A DNA stretch of 64,000 bases from an uncultured Candidatus Saccharibacteria bacterium (GCA_964399865.1 CAYNRJ010000001.1:330050-394049), one strand, 5' to 3'; positions 37,381 to 47,414 are shown, counted from the first letter of the stretch. Notes: generated from the sequence alone by a model not told the origin. Numbers and translations: made by a program.

Positions 37381-37635
37381 TTATTTAACTCCCAAGAGTC
37401 CGCGGAGCTGTTCCTCGTCGTAGCCGACTATGATCTCGTCCCCAATAGTAATGACTGGAACGCCCATCTGACCGCTCTTCTGGATCATTTCTTTTCGCTT
37501 CTCGAGGTCAGTACCCACGTTATAATCCGTGAATTTCACACCGTTTTCTGTGAAGAAATCCTTTGCTGCGTGGCAGAAATGACACGTCGGGGTGGAATAG
37601 ATTTTTACTTCTTTTGTTGCTGTCTTTGTCGCCAT
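37381..37635 (-). CDS. Glutaredoxin/NrdH-like redoxin
   Basis: YSTPTCHFC, SGQMGVPVI. Confidence 0.92.
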   Translation of the reverse strand: MATKTATKEVKIYSTPTCHFCHAAKDFFTENGVKFTDYNVGTDLEKRKEMIQKSGQMGVPVITIGDEIIVGYDEEQLRGLLGVK

Positions 37636-37687
37636 AATTCTGAATTGTTATTTTAAGATACTAAAAAGTATATCACGCTAGTAATTT

Positions 37688-38305
37688 CTAAAACCCAAGC
37701 TTTTCTTTCACGAGAAGCACTTTTACGGAACGCTTCATCATCGCGCTCTCGCCGTGCAAAATCACGGTCTTATTGAGCTTCGTACCCGACCCATAAAGCT
37801 CCTGCATGTGGATATCTTCTAAGGGGACGACATGCTTTTGGAGCCTCTCAAGGGCACTCGGGAGATCGGGGGTAATCTTTTTGGTACTAACAACGAGAAT
37901 GAGATTTGGCGAAGTGTACACCAAGTGTGGCTGCTGACTTCCAGTATTGGAAGCAATCACCATTTCCCCTCCTTCGGTCAGAGCATGGACACTGCCTAGG
38001 TAATAATCGGACAGAGACGACTGGGCGCGGAGTGCGTGGCGCTTTTCCGCATCACTTTCTGCAAGAATACCCGCATGGAGATTGTTCCACCCATGCTTTC
38101 CGTCTTTCAGGTACTCAACAAATCCTATTTGCTCGAGCGTGACGGAAGCGCCGTTCATCACCGATGCTCCCTTTGGGATTAGAGTCTTGATAAGCTCGAG
38201 GGCGTCTTTGCCCGTTTCAAGAATAACGGGATCAAATCCGCGTGATTTCAAACCCTCGGCCGCTTTTTGTATTGAACCCTCTGACGCTAGTGTCGTGTAA
38301 TCCAT
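37688..38305 (-). CDS. LUD-domain (LutC/YkgG family) protein
   Basis: GASVTLEQIG, YLGSVHALTEGG, ASNTGSQ. Confidence 0.8.
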   Translation of the reverse strand: MDYTTLASEGSIQKAAEGLKSRGFDPVILETGKDALELIKTLIPKGASVMNGASVTLEQIGFVEYLKDGKHGWNNLHAGILAESDAEKRHALRAQSSLSDYYLGSVHALTEGGEMVIASNTGSQQPHLVYTSPNLILVVSTKKITPDLPSALERLQKHVVPLEDIHMQELYGSGTKLNKTVILHGESAMMKRSVKVLLVKEKLGF

Positions 38306-38395
38306 AAAAATAGGAGAAGTTATGATTGCTAGTCGATCATTGTAAGTGACCCACTTTACTTTGTAAAGTGAGTAAGGGTGTGATATCGTGGTGTA

Positions 38396-38722
38396 ATGTT
38401 ACGAACGAAGAGCCAGCGGAGGAAATTGTGTGCCGACTGCCCTGTCGCACGCGTAGCGGACCTCCTCGGAGACCCTTGCTCCCTTCTCGTCATGCGAGAC
38501 CTCATGAATAAACCTCACCGATTCGGTGAATTGGAAGATTCTCTAGGGGGCATGAGTCCACGTACGCTCACGAATACACTGAAGCGACTCGAGAAGGAAG
38601 GATTTATCGCCCGCAAACACTTTGTGAGACCCATCCATTTTCAATACATACTCACAAAAAAGGGAGCTGCCTTTAACGACGTCGTAGAATCGATGCGCAC
38701 GTACGGAAAGAAATATCTATAA
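38396..38722 (+). CDS. HxlR-family transcriptional regulator
   Basis: CPVARVADLLGD, RFGELE, SPRTLTNTLKRLE, YILTKKG; divergent from the LUD gene. Confidence 0.9.
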   Translation: MLRTKSQRRKLCADCPVARVADLLGDPCSLLVMRDLMNKPHRFGELEDSLGGMSPRTLTNTLKRLEKEGFIARKHFVRPIHFQYILTKKGAAFNDVVESMRTYGKKYL

Positions 38723-38753
38723 ACAGTGTCCCCGGCACGAGCGGCCGGGGACG

Positions 38754-39434
38754 TCACATCGCAAGAACTTCTGAGACGCTATATATCCTGCGCTTGAGAT
38801 TCGCGGGACCCCTTGCAATGAGCTTCCTCGCGATTTCGATAGCACCCTCCGCATACTCCCGCCTCCCATGCATCTTGATCTTGAGTGTGCGAGTACGACC
38901 AACACTGTCTTTGAGAACCACCCAGTGATACGCGTGCCCGCCAAGATATTCCTCGGGTACGCCAAGCCTCCGTTGCTCAATCGGCTTCCGGATCGAGTAA
39001 ATCGCCGACTGCGGCAGCCCTCCGATACTCGCAATCTTCTTCGCCGTACCCGAATCACCTTTCGGCTTTGACGCCTGATGCGATTCGTAGATCCTCACCA
39101 GTCTGAAGCCACTCCTCACAAAGAGCGATAGCTCTTCGAAGAATTGGACAACAGCGGGTGCAAGGTTCGGCGCATGCACGACCCGCGCAGTAGTCCCCTT
39201 CAGGAACTCCTCCTGGCCACTCGAGGCAAAGATAATAGGAATGCCCGTGGCATCGCACCAATCCAGGACCTCCCTCGTCAGACGATCACTCCCGACATGG
39301 ATGACGACTGCATCTGGCCGTATCTTCCGTGCTGGGCTTTCCCAATCCATCACATAGACGCCGGGGATAGTGGCAGCAACTTCCCTGATCATAGCGGCCA
39401 TGAGGCCGTGACCGAGGATGTACAGGACAACCAT
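38754..39434 (-). CDS. dapB: Dihydrodipicolinate reductase-like protein (plant-type DapB)
   Basis: ILGHGLMA Rossmann start; APNLA; ESHQASK..DSGTA; GVPEEYLGGHAYH; GRREYAEG; start after GGGAGG. Confidence 0.72.
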   Translation of the reverse strand: MVVLYILGHGLMAAMIREVAATIPGVYVMDWESPARKIRPDAVVIHVGSDRLTREVLDWCDATGIPIIFASSGQEEFLKGTTARVVHAPNLAPAVVQFFEELSLFVRSGFRLVRIYESHQASKPKGDSGTAKKIASIGGLPQSAIYSIRKPIEQRRLGVPEEYLGGHAYHWVVLKDSVGRTRTLKIKMHGRREYAEGAIEIARKLIARGPANLKRRIYSVSEVLAM

Positions 39435-39561
39435 CGTGACCTCCCTATCTATTGGCCAGAGCGCATACTTCCAAATTAACCCCTCCAAGTCAAAGTAAGA
39501 GGGTGTGGTATATTCTCAAACGTATTGCGGGTATAGTTTAGAATTAGATGAATCGCGTTTT

Positions 39562-39632
39562 GCGGGTATAGTTTAGTGGTAGAACGATTGCTTCCCAAGC
39601 AATAGATCGGAGTTCGATTCTCCGTACCCGCA
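39562..39632 (+). tRNA. tRNA-Gly(CCC)
   Basis: GCGGGTA...ATTGC-TTCCCAA-GCAAT...GTTCGATTC...TACCCGCA. Confidence 0.95.
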
Positions 39633-39657
39633 CAAACACCTTTATATTCACGTGGAC

Positions 39658-40155
39658 TTACCTTCGATATGCCTTTGAATTAAGGTAATAGCCTTGCTGA
39701 AATAGCCCTCCGTCGTATCCCCTATCTTTGAGATACTGGTCGGCGAATGGATCAAATACCTGCCATTTCCCATTAACATTCACATCGAGATATGTGTGCG
39801 CAGCCCCGCCCGGCACTTGCCCAATCTGGAAAATTGTTTCTATTCCTAATTTATTCAAAATTGCTTGTCCTACTACATGCCAGTCTAGGCAGACACCGTA
39901 CCTATCGTCTAATACAGTGGTGAGCGCTTTCACTGTTCTTTGATCCCATATCCGTGCCTCAACATCTTTTGGAATCTGTACTTTTGGCTTGAGAGCATTT
40001 AAGAGATTGTGTTGTAAAAATTCCTGGACAGCGACAAGTTGTTGCTCAGGTGGTAACTCCTTTATCGCTTCGCAAAGATTCTCAATAACTTGAGATTCAT
40101 CAACTTCTATATTTTCTATCCTATTCCGAGGCCCTACTCGCTCGAAGTCAGACAT
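39658..40155 (-). CDS. Transglutaminase-like domain protein
   Basis: GVCLD...AHTY...WQVFDP, Cys-His-Asp order. Confidence 0.7.
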   Translation of the reverse strand: MSDFERVGPRNRIENIEVDESQVIENLCEAIKELPPEQQLVAVQEFLQHNLLNALKPKVQIPKDVEARIWDQRTVKALTTVLDDRYGVCLDWHVVGQAILNKLGIETIFQIGQVPGGAAHTYLDVNVNGKWQVFDPFADQYLKDRGYDGGLFQQGYYLNSKAYRR

Positions 40156-40170
40156 ATTAGATAGAGTGTA

Positions 40171-40548
40171 TCACCACCAATTAAAGAGTCTCCCAAACCA
40201 CCCACGGATGCCCGAGGTAGAAGTCGCAGCCGTTACCTCCGAAGTGGGCGGCTCAACAATAACGATGAGCTCTTCCCCGCTCCCCGCGAGAGCATATTGA
40301 GCGCGGAGCGCCTCCTCGACGCCGCGATCAGTATTTATTTCAGCGAGATCACTCTTGAGGCGCTCCTCCCTATCCAACAGCTCGGCACGTTCATTTTCAG
40401 CCTGCACCCGCAACACCCGCGATTCGCGCTCCTTTTTATAGACTTCCCACACTCCTGAGGCCATCGCAACGACAGCTATGAAAAGCAGTACTAAGCCAAT
40501 TCGCTTTAGGAAAAGTCTTGCAGGATCGCGTTGCCTAATCATGGCCAT
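40171..40548 (-). CDS. Septum formation initiator (FtsB/DivIC-like)
   Basis: TM, coiled coil, GVEEALR...GEELIVIV. Confidence 0.75.
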   Translation of the reverse strand: MAMIRQRDPARLFLKRIGLVLLFIAVVAMASGVWEVYKKERESRVLRVQAENERAELLDREERLKSDLAEINTDRGVEEALRAQYALAGSGEELIVIVEPPTSEVTAATSTSGIRGWFGRLFNWW

Positions 40549-40586
40549 ACCCTTATAATACTACCAAGCAAGTAAGAGCAATTTTC

Positions 40587-40709
40587 ATGAGTTTTCTATT
40601 TCACAAACGCACAAAAAAGGTAGTTCAGATCATTTGGGGTGTGGTTGCAGTCATCGTCATCATTGGTATGGTCGTGTTTTTCGCTCCAGGACTTATAACT
40701 GGTTACTGA
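40587..40709 (+). CDS. 40-aa single-TM protein not in the ORF track
   Basis: Translated by hand: MSFLFHKRTKKVVQIIWGVVAVIVIIGMVVFFAPGLITGY. Confidence 0.6.
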   Translation: MSFLFHKRTKKVVQIIWGVVAVIVIIGMVVFFAPGLITGY

Positions 40710-40732
40710 AAACTACCGGCGTCTCGATTTCT

Positions 40733-42508
40733 TTATTCCTTAATGACCTTAAGGAATACGTCCGGTGGTATATCCACCTTCCCGCGTGCGAGCATTTTCT
40801 TTTTGCCTCGCTTTTGCTTCTCCAACAATTTCATTTTTCGAGTGATGTCACCGCCATACAAATAGCCAGTCACGTCTTTTCGCATCGCAGAGATGCGGCG
40901 TGATGCGATTATCTTCCCTTCTGCTTTCGCCTGTATTTTCAATTCGAATAGCTGTCTCGGGAGAAGTTTCTCTAATTTTTCTACCATATGCTCCGCCTCT
41001 TCGCGTGTGCGACGTCTTGAAACAATACGAGCGAAAGCCGCAACGGGCTCTTCCGCTACGAGTACGTCGAGGCGTATGACATCCGCGTCACGGAGTCCTA
41101 TGAAATCATAGGAGAGCGAGGCGAAACCTGAGGAAATACTCTTCAGTCGATCAAAAAACCCGCGCATCAATTCACGAAGCGGCATCTCTCCTTGGAGTTC
41201 GATTCTTCCATCTGGAAGCGTCTTTGTGTCCCCCTGGATTGCCTCGTGCTCATACAAAAGCTGACTGATGGAGCCCACGTATTCTGCTGGCGTAAAGAGA
41301 GAAACTTTTGCGTACATCTCTCGCACTTTCACTATGTCTCCTGATTCAGGGAATCGTGCAGGGTTGTAAATCTCTTCCGTAGTACCATCCCTCTTCGTTA
41401 CCTCATATATCGTCGTTGGCGTTGTAACGACGAGATCGAGACTAAACTCACGGCGTAAACGCTCGATCATGATCTCGAGGTGGAGCATGCCGAGGAAACC
41501 ACAACGGAAGCCTTTACCCATGACCCCCGAGGACTCCTCTTCGTATGAAAGCGATGAGTCAGAAAGGCGCAAACGCTCTAGTGATTGACGAAGAAGTACC
41601 AAATCGTCCTGCGACTCCGGATACACGCTGGCCCAGATAACAGGTGTAGGGGCTCGATACCCATGCAGAGGCTCCGCACCACCACGAGCTGCTATCACCG
41701 TGTCTCCAACAAGCGCGATACCAGGTTTTTTAATACCCGTGACGATGTAGCCGATCTCTCCGGCCTCAAGCGATGGTCGAGGAGAATCTTCAGGGGAAAG
41801 AATTCCTACTTCGAGCGCCACGAAATCCGCTTCGACTGACGCAAGGCGAAGTGCATCCCCTTTTGCAATATGCCCACCAAATACGCGTGCATAGATGATG
41901 ATGCCGCGATGGTCTGAATACCGGAAGTCGAAAATGAGCGCTTGGGCTTTATCACCCGAAGTTTTCGGAGGCGAAATACGATCTACGACAGCATCGAGCA
42001 CGCTTCCTACGCCCTCCCCTGTTCTCCCGGAACAAAGTAGCACATCGTCTTCAGAAACATCGAGTAGGTGCGCAAGTTCACTCTTAATGTCCGCGGTACG
42101 CGCATTTGGAGAATCAATTTTCGAGACTACTGGAATAACAGGAAGACCAAGGCCACGAGCAACAGAAAGTACGGAGAGAGTTTGCGCTTGTACACCCTGG
42201 GTTGCATCGACCAAGAGGACCACTCCCTCAACAGCAGAAAGAGCGCGGGAAACTTCGTAGGCGAAATCTACGTGCCCGGGCGTATCAATAAGGTTGATCA
42301 CATATTCCGTACCATCCTTCTTCCATAGCATTCGGACCGGCTGCATCTTTATCGTAATGCCGCGCTCGCGCTCCAGATCCATACGATCGAGGACCTGCTC
42401 CTGCATGCGACGCGGCTCAATCGTCCCGGTAAGCTCAAGCATCCTGTCTGCGAGGGTACTCTTGCCGTGGTCGATGTGGGCGATGATTGAAAAGTTCCTA
42501 ATATTCAT
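40733..42508 (-). CDS. lepA: Elongation factor 4
   Basis: IRNFSIIAHIDHGKSTLADR, DTPGHVDF, GFLGMLH, YGGDITRKMKLL. Confidence 0.98.
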   Translation of the reverse strand: MNIRNFSIIAHIDHGKSTLADRMLELTGTIEPRRMQEQVLDRMDLERERGITIKMQPVRMLWKKDGTEYVINLIDTPGHVDFAYEVSRALSAVEGVVLLVDATQGVQAQTLSVLSVARGLGLPVIPVVSKIDSPNARTADIKSELAHLLDVSEDDVLLCSGRTGEGVGSVLDAVVDRISPPKTSGDKAQALIFDFRYSDHRGIIIYARVFGGHIAKGDALRLASVEADFVALEVGILSPEDSPRPSLEAGEIGYIVTGIKKPGIALVGDTVIAARGGAEPLHGYRAPTPVIWASVYPESQDDLVLLRQSLERLRLSDSSLSYEEESSGVMGKGFRCGFLGMLHLEIMIERLRREFSLDLVVTTPTTIYEVTKRDGTTEEIYNPARFPESGDIVKVREMYAKVSLFTPAEYVGSISQLLYEHEAIQGDTKTLPDGRIELQGEMPLRELMRGFFDRLKSISSGFASLSYDFIGLRDADVIRLDVLVAEEPVAAFARIVSRRRTREEAEHMVEKLEKLLPRQLFELKIQAKAEGKIIASRRISAMRKDVTGYLYGGDITRKMKLLEKQKRGKKKMLARGKVDIPPDVFLKVIKE

Positions 42509-42575
42509 GTGAGTGACTCATCCTAGCAAAAATTCAGCTTCGTGCACCGTTTGGCTGAGCTCAGCCTACAGCGAG

Positions 42576-42670
42576 GAGCATTGTGTCGCGAGGGTGTCTC
42601 GCAGGCCGACGGGCCGAGAGGCAGCGCTCCGCCAGCAGGCGGAGACAGCGACCTGAGCGATACAGTGCTC
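42576..42670 (+). repeat. Structured intergenic element, copy 1
   Basis: 59-nt core 42594-42652 matches 47319-47377 at 53/59 positions; enclosed by a 14-bp outer stem. Confidence 0.85.
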
Positions 42671-42680
42671 TGAGCGCGCA

Positions 42681-44387
42681 CTAATTGGGTCTTGAGGGAC
42701 CAACATCTTCCGCTGAAGCGACAACGGCGATCCCCTCCTCCGCTGGTCGCACACGCCATATTCTTCCTCGGATCGCACTTACTGTCTCATTGTATTCTCG
42801 ATTTCGAAGCAGTGAGTACGCAGTCGCGGAAACAACTATTCCGACAATTCCTGCGAGGAGCCCAGAGAGAAACACGGCGAGCAGCGTCGAGAGTGATGTA
42901 AGGGGCCCGAGAGCGTAGAGCACTCCATATGACCCCACGCCGCCCGCGATCGCTGCAATGATACTATCGAAAAACGTACGACGGACCCCTGAGAAGAATC
43001 CCCCGAATTGGTACTGGAAGTGCCCTGCAAGTACGAGTGCACCGAGGATCGAAATTGAGGCATACGCAAGCGCGAGTGCTAAAACCGACGTCCCAGGAAG
43101 CTCTTCTACCCTCATCAGATCCTCCACAAACTGAAGTAGTGTGGTGTTTTCAAATAGTCGAAGGAATAGAAAACTGAGCCCGATGGATCCTGTCGCGGAG
43201 AAGAATGCGACAAGAAGCGGAATGAACGTACGACCCGCAGCGTAATACGCACGGACAAGGAGAAGTGTGAGGCCTTGCGCCGCGAGGCCAAAAGAAAATA
43301 TCGCGAATGCCGCCGCCGTAAGACGTGTGTCCGTCCAATCAAACTGTCCGCTTCCAAGGACAACACGGACAATGTGCGCGCGAAGTATCACAATAAGTGC
43401 GATTGCAGGAAGCGACCAAAAAAGAACATGGCGCGCTGCTATCGCGACATGCGCGACAAATTCTTCACGCTTCCCGTTCGCAAACGCTGCTGCAAGCGTA
43501 GGAAACGCCGCAACAGAATACGACGATCCGATGACCGATAGTGGAACGCTACTTAAGTTATACGCGAACATGAATATCGCAATAGAACCAGGAGCAAGTG
43601 CCGAGGCGATCGCCGTAAGACCAATAAAAGCGATCTGATTAAGGGAGAGCGCGAGGGAGCGAGGAACCGATATAAAGATCGTATGGAAGAGTGCGCTTGG
43701 ATCTACTATGCGCGGAATATTTTGGAAAAATCCATCTTTTACAATCGATGGAATTTGGAGGGAAAAATGGAGCGCAGCTCCGAGGATCACTCCCCATACG
43801 AGTCCCGTCATGCCCCACAGTGGATAGAATGCGAGAATACCTAAAATAATCCCAACGTTGTACACGATCGGTGAAAGTGCATACAGACCGTATCGTGAGC
43901 GCACCTGAGTGATAGCCGCAAGAATGTTCGACAACCCAAGAAGAATTGGCTGAAGAAGGAGTATACGAGTCAGTGTGACGAGGGTCTCAAGCTCTGCTGC
44001 GGAAAAGGACGAGAAGAGCCTCTCGAGGATATAGGGAGCAAAGAACGCAGCAAGGGAGGAAGCAATCACCGCAAGCAAAGAGAATCCTGCAACGATCGTA
44101 TCAATGTATCGTTTCTGCTCTTCACCCGTCCGACGAGTGAATTCTGGAATGAGGATGTAGACAGAGACAAGTGTCCCGAACATGACGAAGAGTAAGTCTG
44201 GAATTCGGAATGCAGCGTAGTAGATGTCGAGCTCCGTTCCCGCCCCGAAGGTATGTGCAAGGAGGCGATCTCTGAATAGCGCGAGAAAAGAGGAAATCAG
44301 TGCGGATGCGGCAAGAATCGAAACAGCGCGCTCAAGAGTGCGGGCTTCAGAGGAGAGAAAACGGATCCCCGCAAAAATCTTCAGCAT
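42681..44387 (-). CDS. murJ: Lipid II flippase MurJ (MviN)
   Basis: RDRLLAHTFGAG..LDIYYAAFRIPD; AAFPTLA; RAYYA. Confidence 0.93.
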   Translation of the reverse strand: MLKIFAGIRFLSSEARTLERAVSILAASALISSFLALFRDRLLAHTFGAGTELDIYYAAFRIPDLLFVMFGTLVSVYILIPEFTRRTGEEQKRYIDTIVAGFSLLAVIASSLAAFFAPYILERLFSSFSAAELETLVTLTRILLLQPILLGLSNILAAITQVRSRYGLYALSPIVYNVGIILGILAFYPLWGMTGLVWGVILGAALHFSLQIPSIVKDGFFQNIPRIVDPSALFHTIFISVPRSLALSLNQIAFIGLTAIASALAPGSIAIFMFAYNLSSVPLSVIGSSYSVAAFPTLAAAFANGKREEFVAHVAIAARHVLFWSLPAIALIVILRAHIVRVVLGSGQFDWTDTRLTAAAFAIFSFGLAAQGLTLLLVRAYYAAGRTFIPLLVAFFSATGSIGLSFLFLRLFENTTLLQFVEDLMRVEELPGTSVLALALAYASISILGALVLAGHFQYQFGGFFSGVRRTFFDSIIAAIAGGVGSYGVLYALGPLTSLSTLLAVFLSGLLAGIVGIVVSATAYSLLRNREYNETVSAIRGRIWRVRPAEEGIAVVASAEDVGPSRPN

Positions 44388-44461
44388 CGCACTATTGTGC
44401 CATAGAGACTGACGTCATGCCCGGGTTCTCTCAGTGGAGAATGAAGAATAATGAAGAGTGA

Positions 44462-46771
44462 CTACTCTTCAGTCGTGGTAGCTGCACCCTCGAAAGGGTT
44501 CTTGCCGGACTCCAGTGCTGTGACAAGCGGAGGCAAATTTGTGTTTGATGTATTAAGCGCAATAACGGCATTAAGCGCTGTAATTGCGTCTTCATACCTT
44601 CCCAGATAGGCGTATGATGCACTTAATAAGTAGAGGGCATTTGAGTAGTTATTTTGAATACCGACAGCACGCTCAAATGCGAGCGCCGAGTTCGTGTAAT
44701 TCTTTTGCGCGTAATAAATCGTTCCGAGGTTGTACCACCCAAGAGCGTCAGAAGGGGCTAGCTGCGCCACCGCCTCCGCGCTAACGAGCGCTGCCGCAAA
44801 GTCATTCGCGCGCGCGTCAATCTGCGACAAGAGGAAAAGCCCCACGGTGAGGTCAGGCTTCATATTTAGAGCCGCCGTAAGATGCTCCCTCGCCGCAGCG
44901 TCATCCCCTTTCAATAGATCCATCTGCGCGAGTTCCAAGAGCGGCAAAGGATTTGTCGGGTTATTCTTGAACGCCTCTTCATAGGCCGAACGTGCGCGCT
45001 CCTCCGCACCTTCGACACCCGCTCCTGCGAGCTCTCCGTACAATCGTGCGAGAGAAAGCCAATTCTGATAGTTAGCACCGCCAATCGTCACCGCCGTGAG
45101 TCCGTGCTCGACTGTTTTTGAAAGCGTATTTTGAAGTGCGGCAACAGATGCCTCATCGGTTGTTCCACTTTCCGCTAACTTCGCGAATTGAAGAATACCG
45201 AGCTCAACTGCCGCTCGATGACCTCTATCATTTTCGGGCCAGACCTTTAGAGCTGAGCTGACCGAATTTGTCGCGGCTGTAATGTCTCCACTCGCGTTGT
45301 ACAGAGCGACCGCACGATTAAGTAGCGCCTCAGAGACAACCGCACGCGAGGACTGAATGCCGCCGAGAAGAACGAGGAATGCAAACACGGTGAGAATGAG
45401 CGCACCAATGCGACCAACCCACGAACCAAACGAAAGTGACCATGTCCTATCCTTTGTGATCCCCAATAAGACTTCCCCGGCGACTACTGCCCCAAACAAT
45501 ATAAAGGTGAGAGCTGAAAGAGCAGGACCTGGAACATACATCGTATGGAAGGCCGTTAAAAATACGGCACCTCCGAGAAGAGCCGCCTGCAATAGATTCA
45601 GGATCGAGAACTCGTTTCGTGTTCTAACTATCCTCCACATTGAATACAAGAGAGCGAGGCCAACTGCCGCCCACGCTACTACTCCGAGAAGTCCGAGCGT
45701 CACGAATGTAGTTGGAATAAATCCAACTCCAGAATAGAAGTCAACATTCCAAAACTGCGTTACGTTAACCGATAGTGGTTTGTGCATTCCCCACTCTCGA
45801 GGGAAGGTATTTGGTCCTGTGCCGAAGAACATAGTGCTTGGCTGCGTAAAGGCTTGTGAGCCTACTGCGTAAGTTCCCTGCCATGACGGTCGGACCTCAA
45901 GTCTTGTGACTTGGAGTGCTGTTGGGAGAACGCTATTTATAAACGTTCCACCAAAGTAGAGTCCTGTGAGTGCGACAACTACGACTGCCCAGAGAATGAG
46001 CCGACGTCTTAGGATGCGGCGGGCTCCTTCGTGTAGGTTCCGCGAAACTAAGAATAGATACGCTGCGTACGAGAGAGAGAGCACACCTGTTGCTATGATC
46101 ACATCCTTGAAATTCACGATGATGAGGAGCGCAGTGGATGCAGCCGCTATCCCGATAAGAATGAATCTCCAGATACGATTCGCTGCAAGCGGGCTAGAGA
46201 TAAGTGCGATTGAAAGGAATAAGAGGAGTCCGATAAAAATCCCAAGATCGTGCCAACTTCCGACAACGCTCGCTGCTTGTCCTTCTAATGCGCCACCAAA
46301 CGTGAAGGACGGGACGAGAAGGTGGAACATCTGTATCGCTAGGACTACCGCACCACCAAGAAGAAGTACTCTGATGCCAGCTACAAGCTTCCCTACGCTT
46401 CCACCAAATATGAGGGAGCACGTAACAAACAGGGCGTACCAGATCATTGTCGCCACCACTGTGTCCTGCATAGCAGCTCCCGATACGAACGAAATGTCAG
46501 ATGAGCCTGTTGCAACTGCCGAGACGAGATATGCGATTGGGAGAAGGAGTGCGGCAAGGAGAAGCGGACTTTTTGGGAGTCGAATACTTCCCGACGATAA
46601 TGCCGCCGCAATCCAGGCTATCGTTGCTACGACGACTAGTATCGTGACAAGTAGTATCTTCGCCTGCGGGATAGAAACCCAAGAGGCTGGGATAAAGAAA
46701 AACGGAAGAAAGCCGCAAAGTAGTAAGGTGGCCCAGCGTGAGATCTTTTCTGCAACTCCTTCGCTAGTCAT
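44462..46771 (-). CDS. Polytopic membrane protein (O-antigen ligase-like) with C-terminal TPRs
   Basis: About 12 TMs; FGTGPNTF; TPR helices such as GWYNLGTIYY and ALYLLSASY. Confidence 0.78.
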   Translation of the reverse strand: MTSEGVAEKISRWATLLLCGFLPFFFIPASWVSIPQAKILLVTILVVVATIAWIAAALSSGSIRLPKSPLLLAALLLPIAYLVSAVATGSSDISFVSGAAMQDTVVATMIWYALFVTCSLIFGGSVGKLVAGIRVLLLGGAVVLAIQMFHLLVPSFTFGGALEGQAASVVGSWHDLGIFIGLLLFLSIALISSPLAANRIWRFILIGIAAASTALLIIVNFKDVIIATGVLSLSYAAYLFLVSRNLHEGARRILRRRLILWAVVVVALTGLYFGGTFINSVLPTALQVTRLEVRPSWQGTYAVGSQAFTQPSTMFFGTGPNTFPREWGMHKPLSVNVTQFWNVDFYSGVGFIPTTFVTLGLLGVVAWAAVGLALLYSMWRIVRTRNEFSILNLLQAALLGGAVFLTAFHTMYVPGPALSALTFILFGAVVAGEVLLGITKDRTWSLSFGSWVGRIGALILTVFAFLVLLGGIQSSRAVVSEALLNRAVALYNASGDITAATNSVSSALKVWPENDRGHRAAVELGILQFAKLAESGTTDEASVAALQNTLSKTVEHGLTAVTIGGANYQNWLSLARLYGELAGAGVEGAEERARSAYEEAFKNNPTNPLPLLELAQMDLLKGDDAAAREHLTAALNMKPDLTVGLFLLSQIDARANDFAAALVSAEAVAQLAPSDALGWYNLGTIYYAQKNYTNSALAFERAVGIQNNYSNALYLLSASYAYLGRYEDAITALNAVIALNTSNTNLPPLVTALESGKNPFEGAATTTEE

Positions 46772-46855
46772 GGTGCAAAAAGTATATCACGATGACTTCT
46801 GTATGAAATTCACAACTAATTGCGTTCCTCATAAAAAAATGGCATAATTTTTACC

Positions 46856-47194
46856 TGCGCTAGGCAGTCGCCCCTCGCAAGAGTGGGAGGAAAGTCCGGA
46901 CACAGGCATCGCAAGATGCAGCATGGTAGCGGGTAATTCCCGTCACGCGGCAACGCGAGAGATGCGAACAGTGACGCCAATCTCGAAAGAGAAAGGATTC
47001 CTTCGGGAATAATCACGTCGAAAGGCGTGGGTGCAACGGCAAAATTCTTACTTCTGTGCAAGGTCGTGCTTGGTCGTGCCGCAGTGTGTTTAATTGAGCA
47101 CAGTGCGGCATGACTGAGAGAACCGCTCGAGGTGAATGGCAACATTCATCCCAGATACATGACAGCCCTAGACAAAATCCGGCTTATCGGCGCA
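46856..47194 (+). ncRNA. rnpB: RNase P RNA
   Basis: GAGGAAAGTCCGG near the 5' end and ACAAAATCCGGCTTAT near the 3' end (P4); GNRA-capped hairpins; terminal pairing. Confidence 0.95.
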
Positions 47195-47196
47195 AC

Positions 47197-47230
47197 AAAA
47201 GGGAGTCCGCAAGGACTCCTTTTTGTTTTT
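47197..47230 (+). terminator. rnpB terminator
   Basis: ggagtcc-gcaa-ggactcc followed by a T tract. Confidence 0.85.
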
Positions 47231-47287
47231 CTTATACTCTCATCCGTAAGTAAGGGTATTTGAGATTTTTCCCAACCACCCCCCTCT

Positions 47288-47408
47288 ACGAAACTCGACT
47301 CAGCGTGTGCTTTTCGGAGTGTCTCGCAGCGCGACGGCGCGAGAGGCAGCGCTCAGCCAGCAGGCTGAGACAGCGACTCCGAAAAGTATGCGGTGTGGCG
47401 AGTTTCGT
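47288..47408 (+). repeat. Structured intergenic element, copy 2
   Basis: Same core as copy 1 with compensatory changes; outer stems gtgcttttcggagt/actccgaaaagtat and acgaaactcg/cgagtttcgt. Confidence 0.85.
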
Positions 47409-47414
47409 CCCCTC

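Noticed and set aside
42600-42625. SRP RNA helix-8 resemblance (gcagg...gcagc)
   Set aside because: No GGAA tetraloop in the right context, and the second copy lacks CAGG.
45966-46847. 293-aa plus-strand ORF
   Set aside because: Antisense to the TPR membrane protein, with no recognisable motif.
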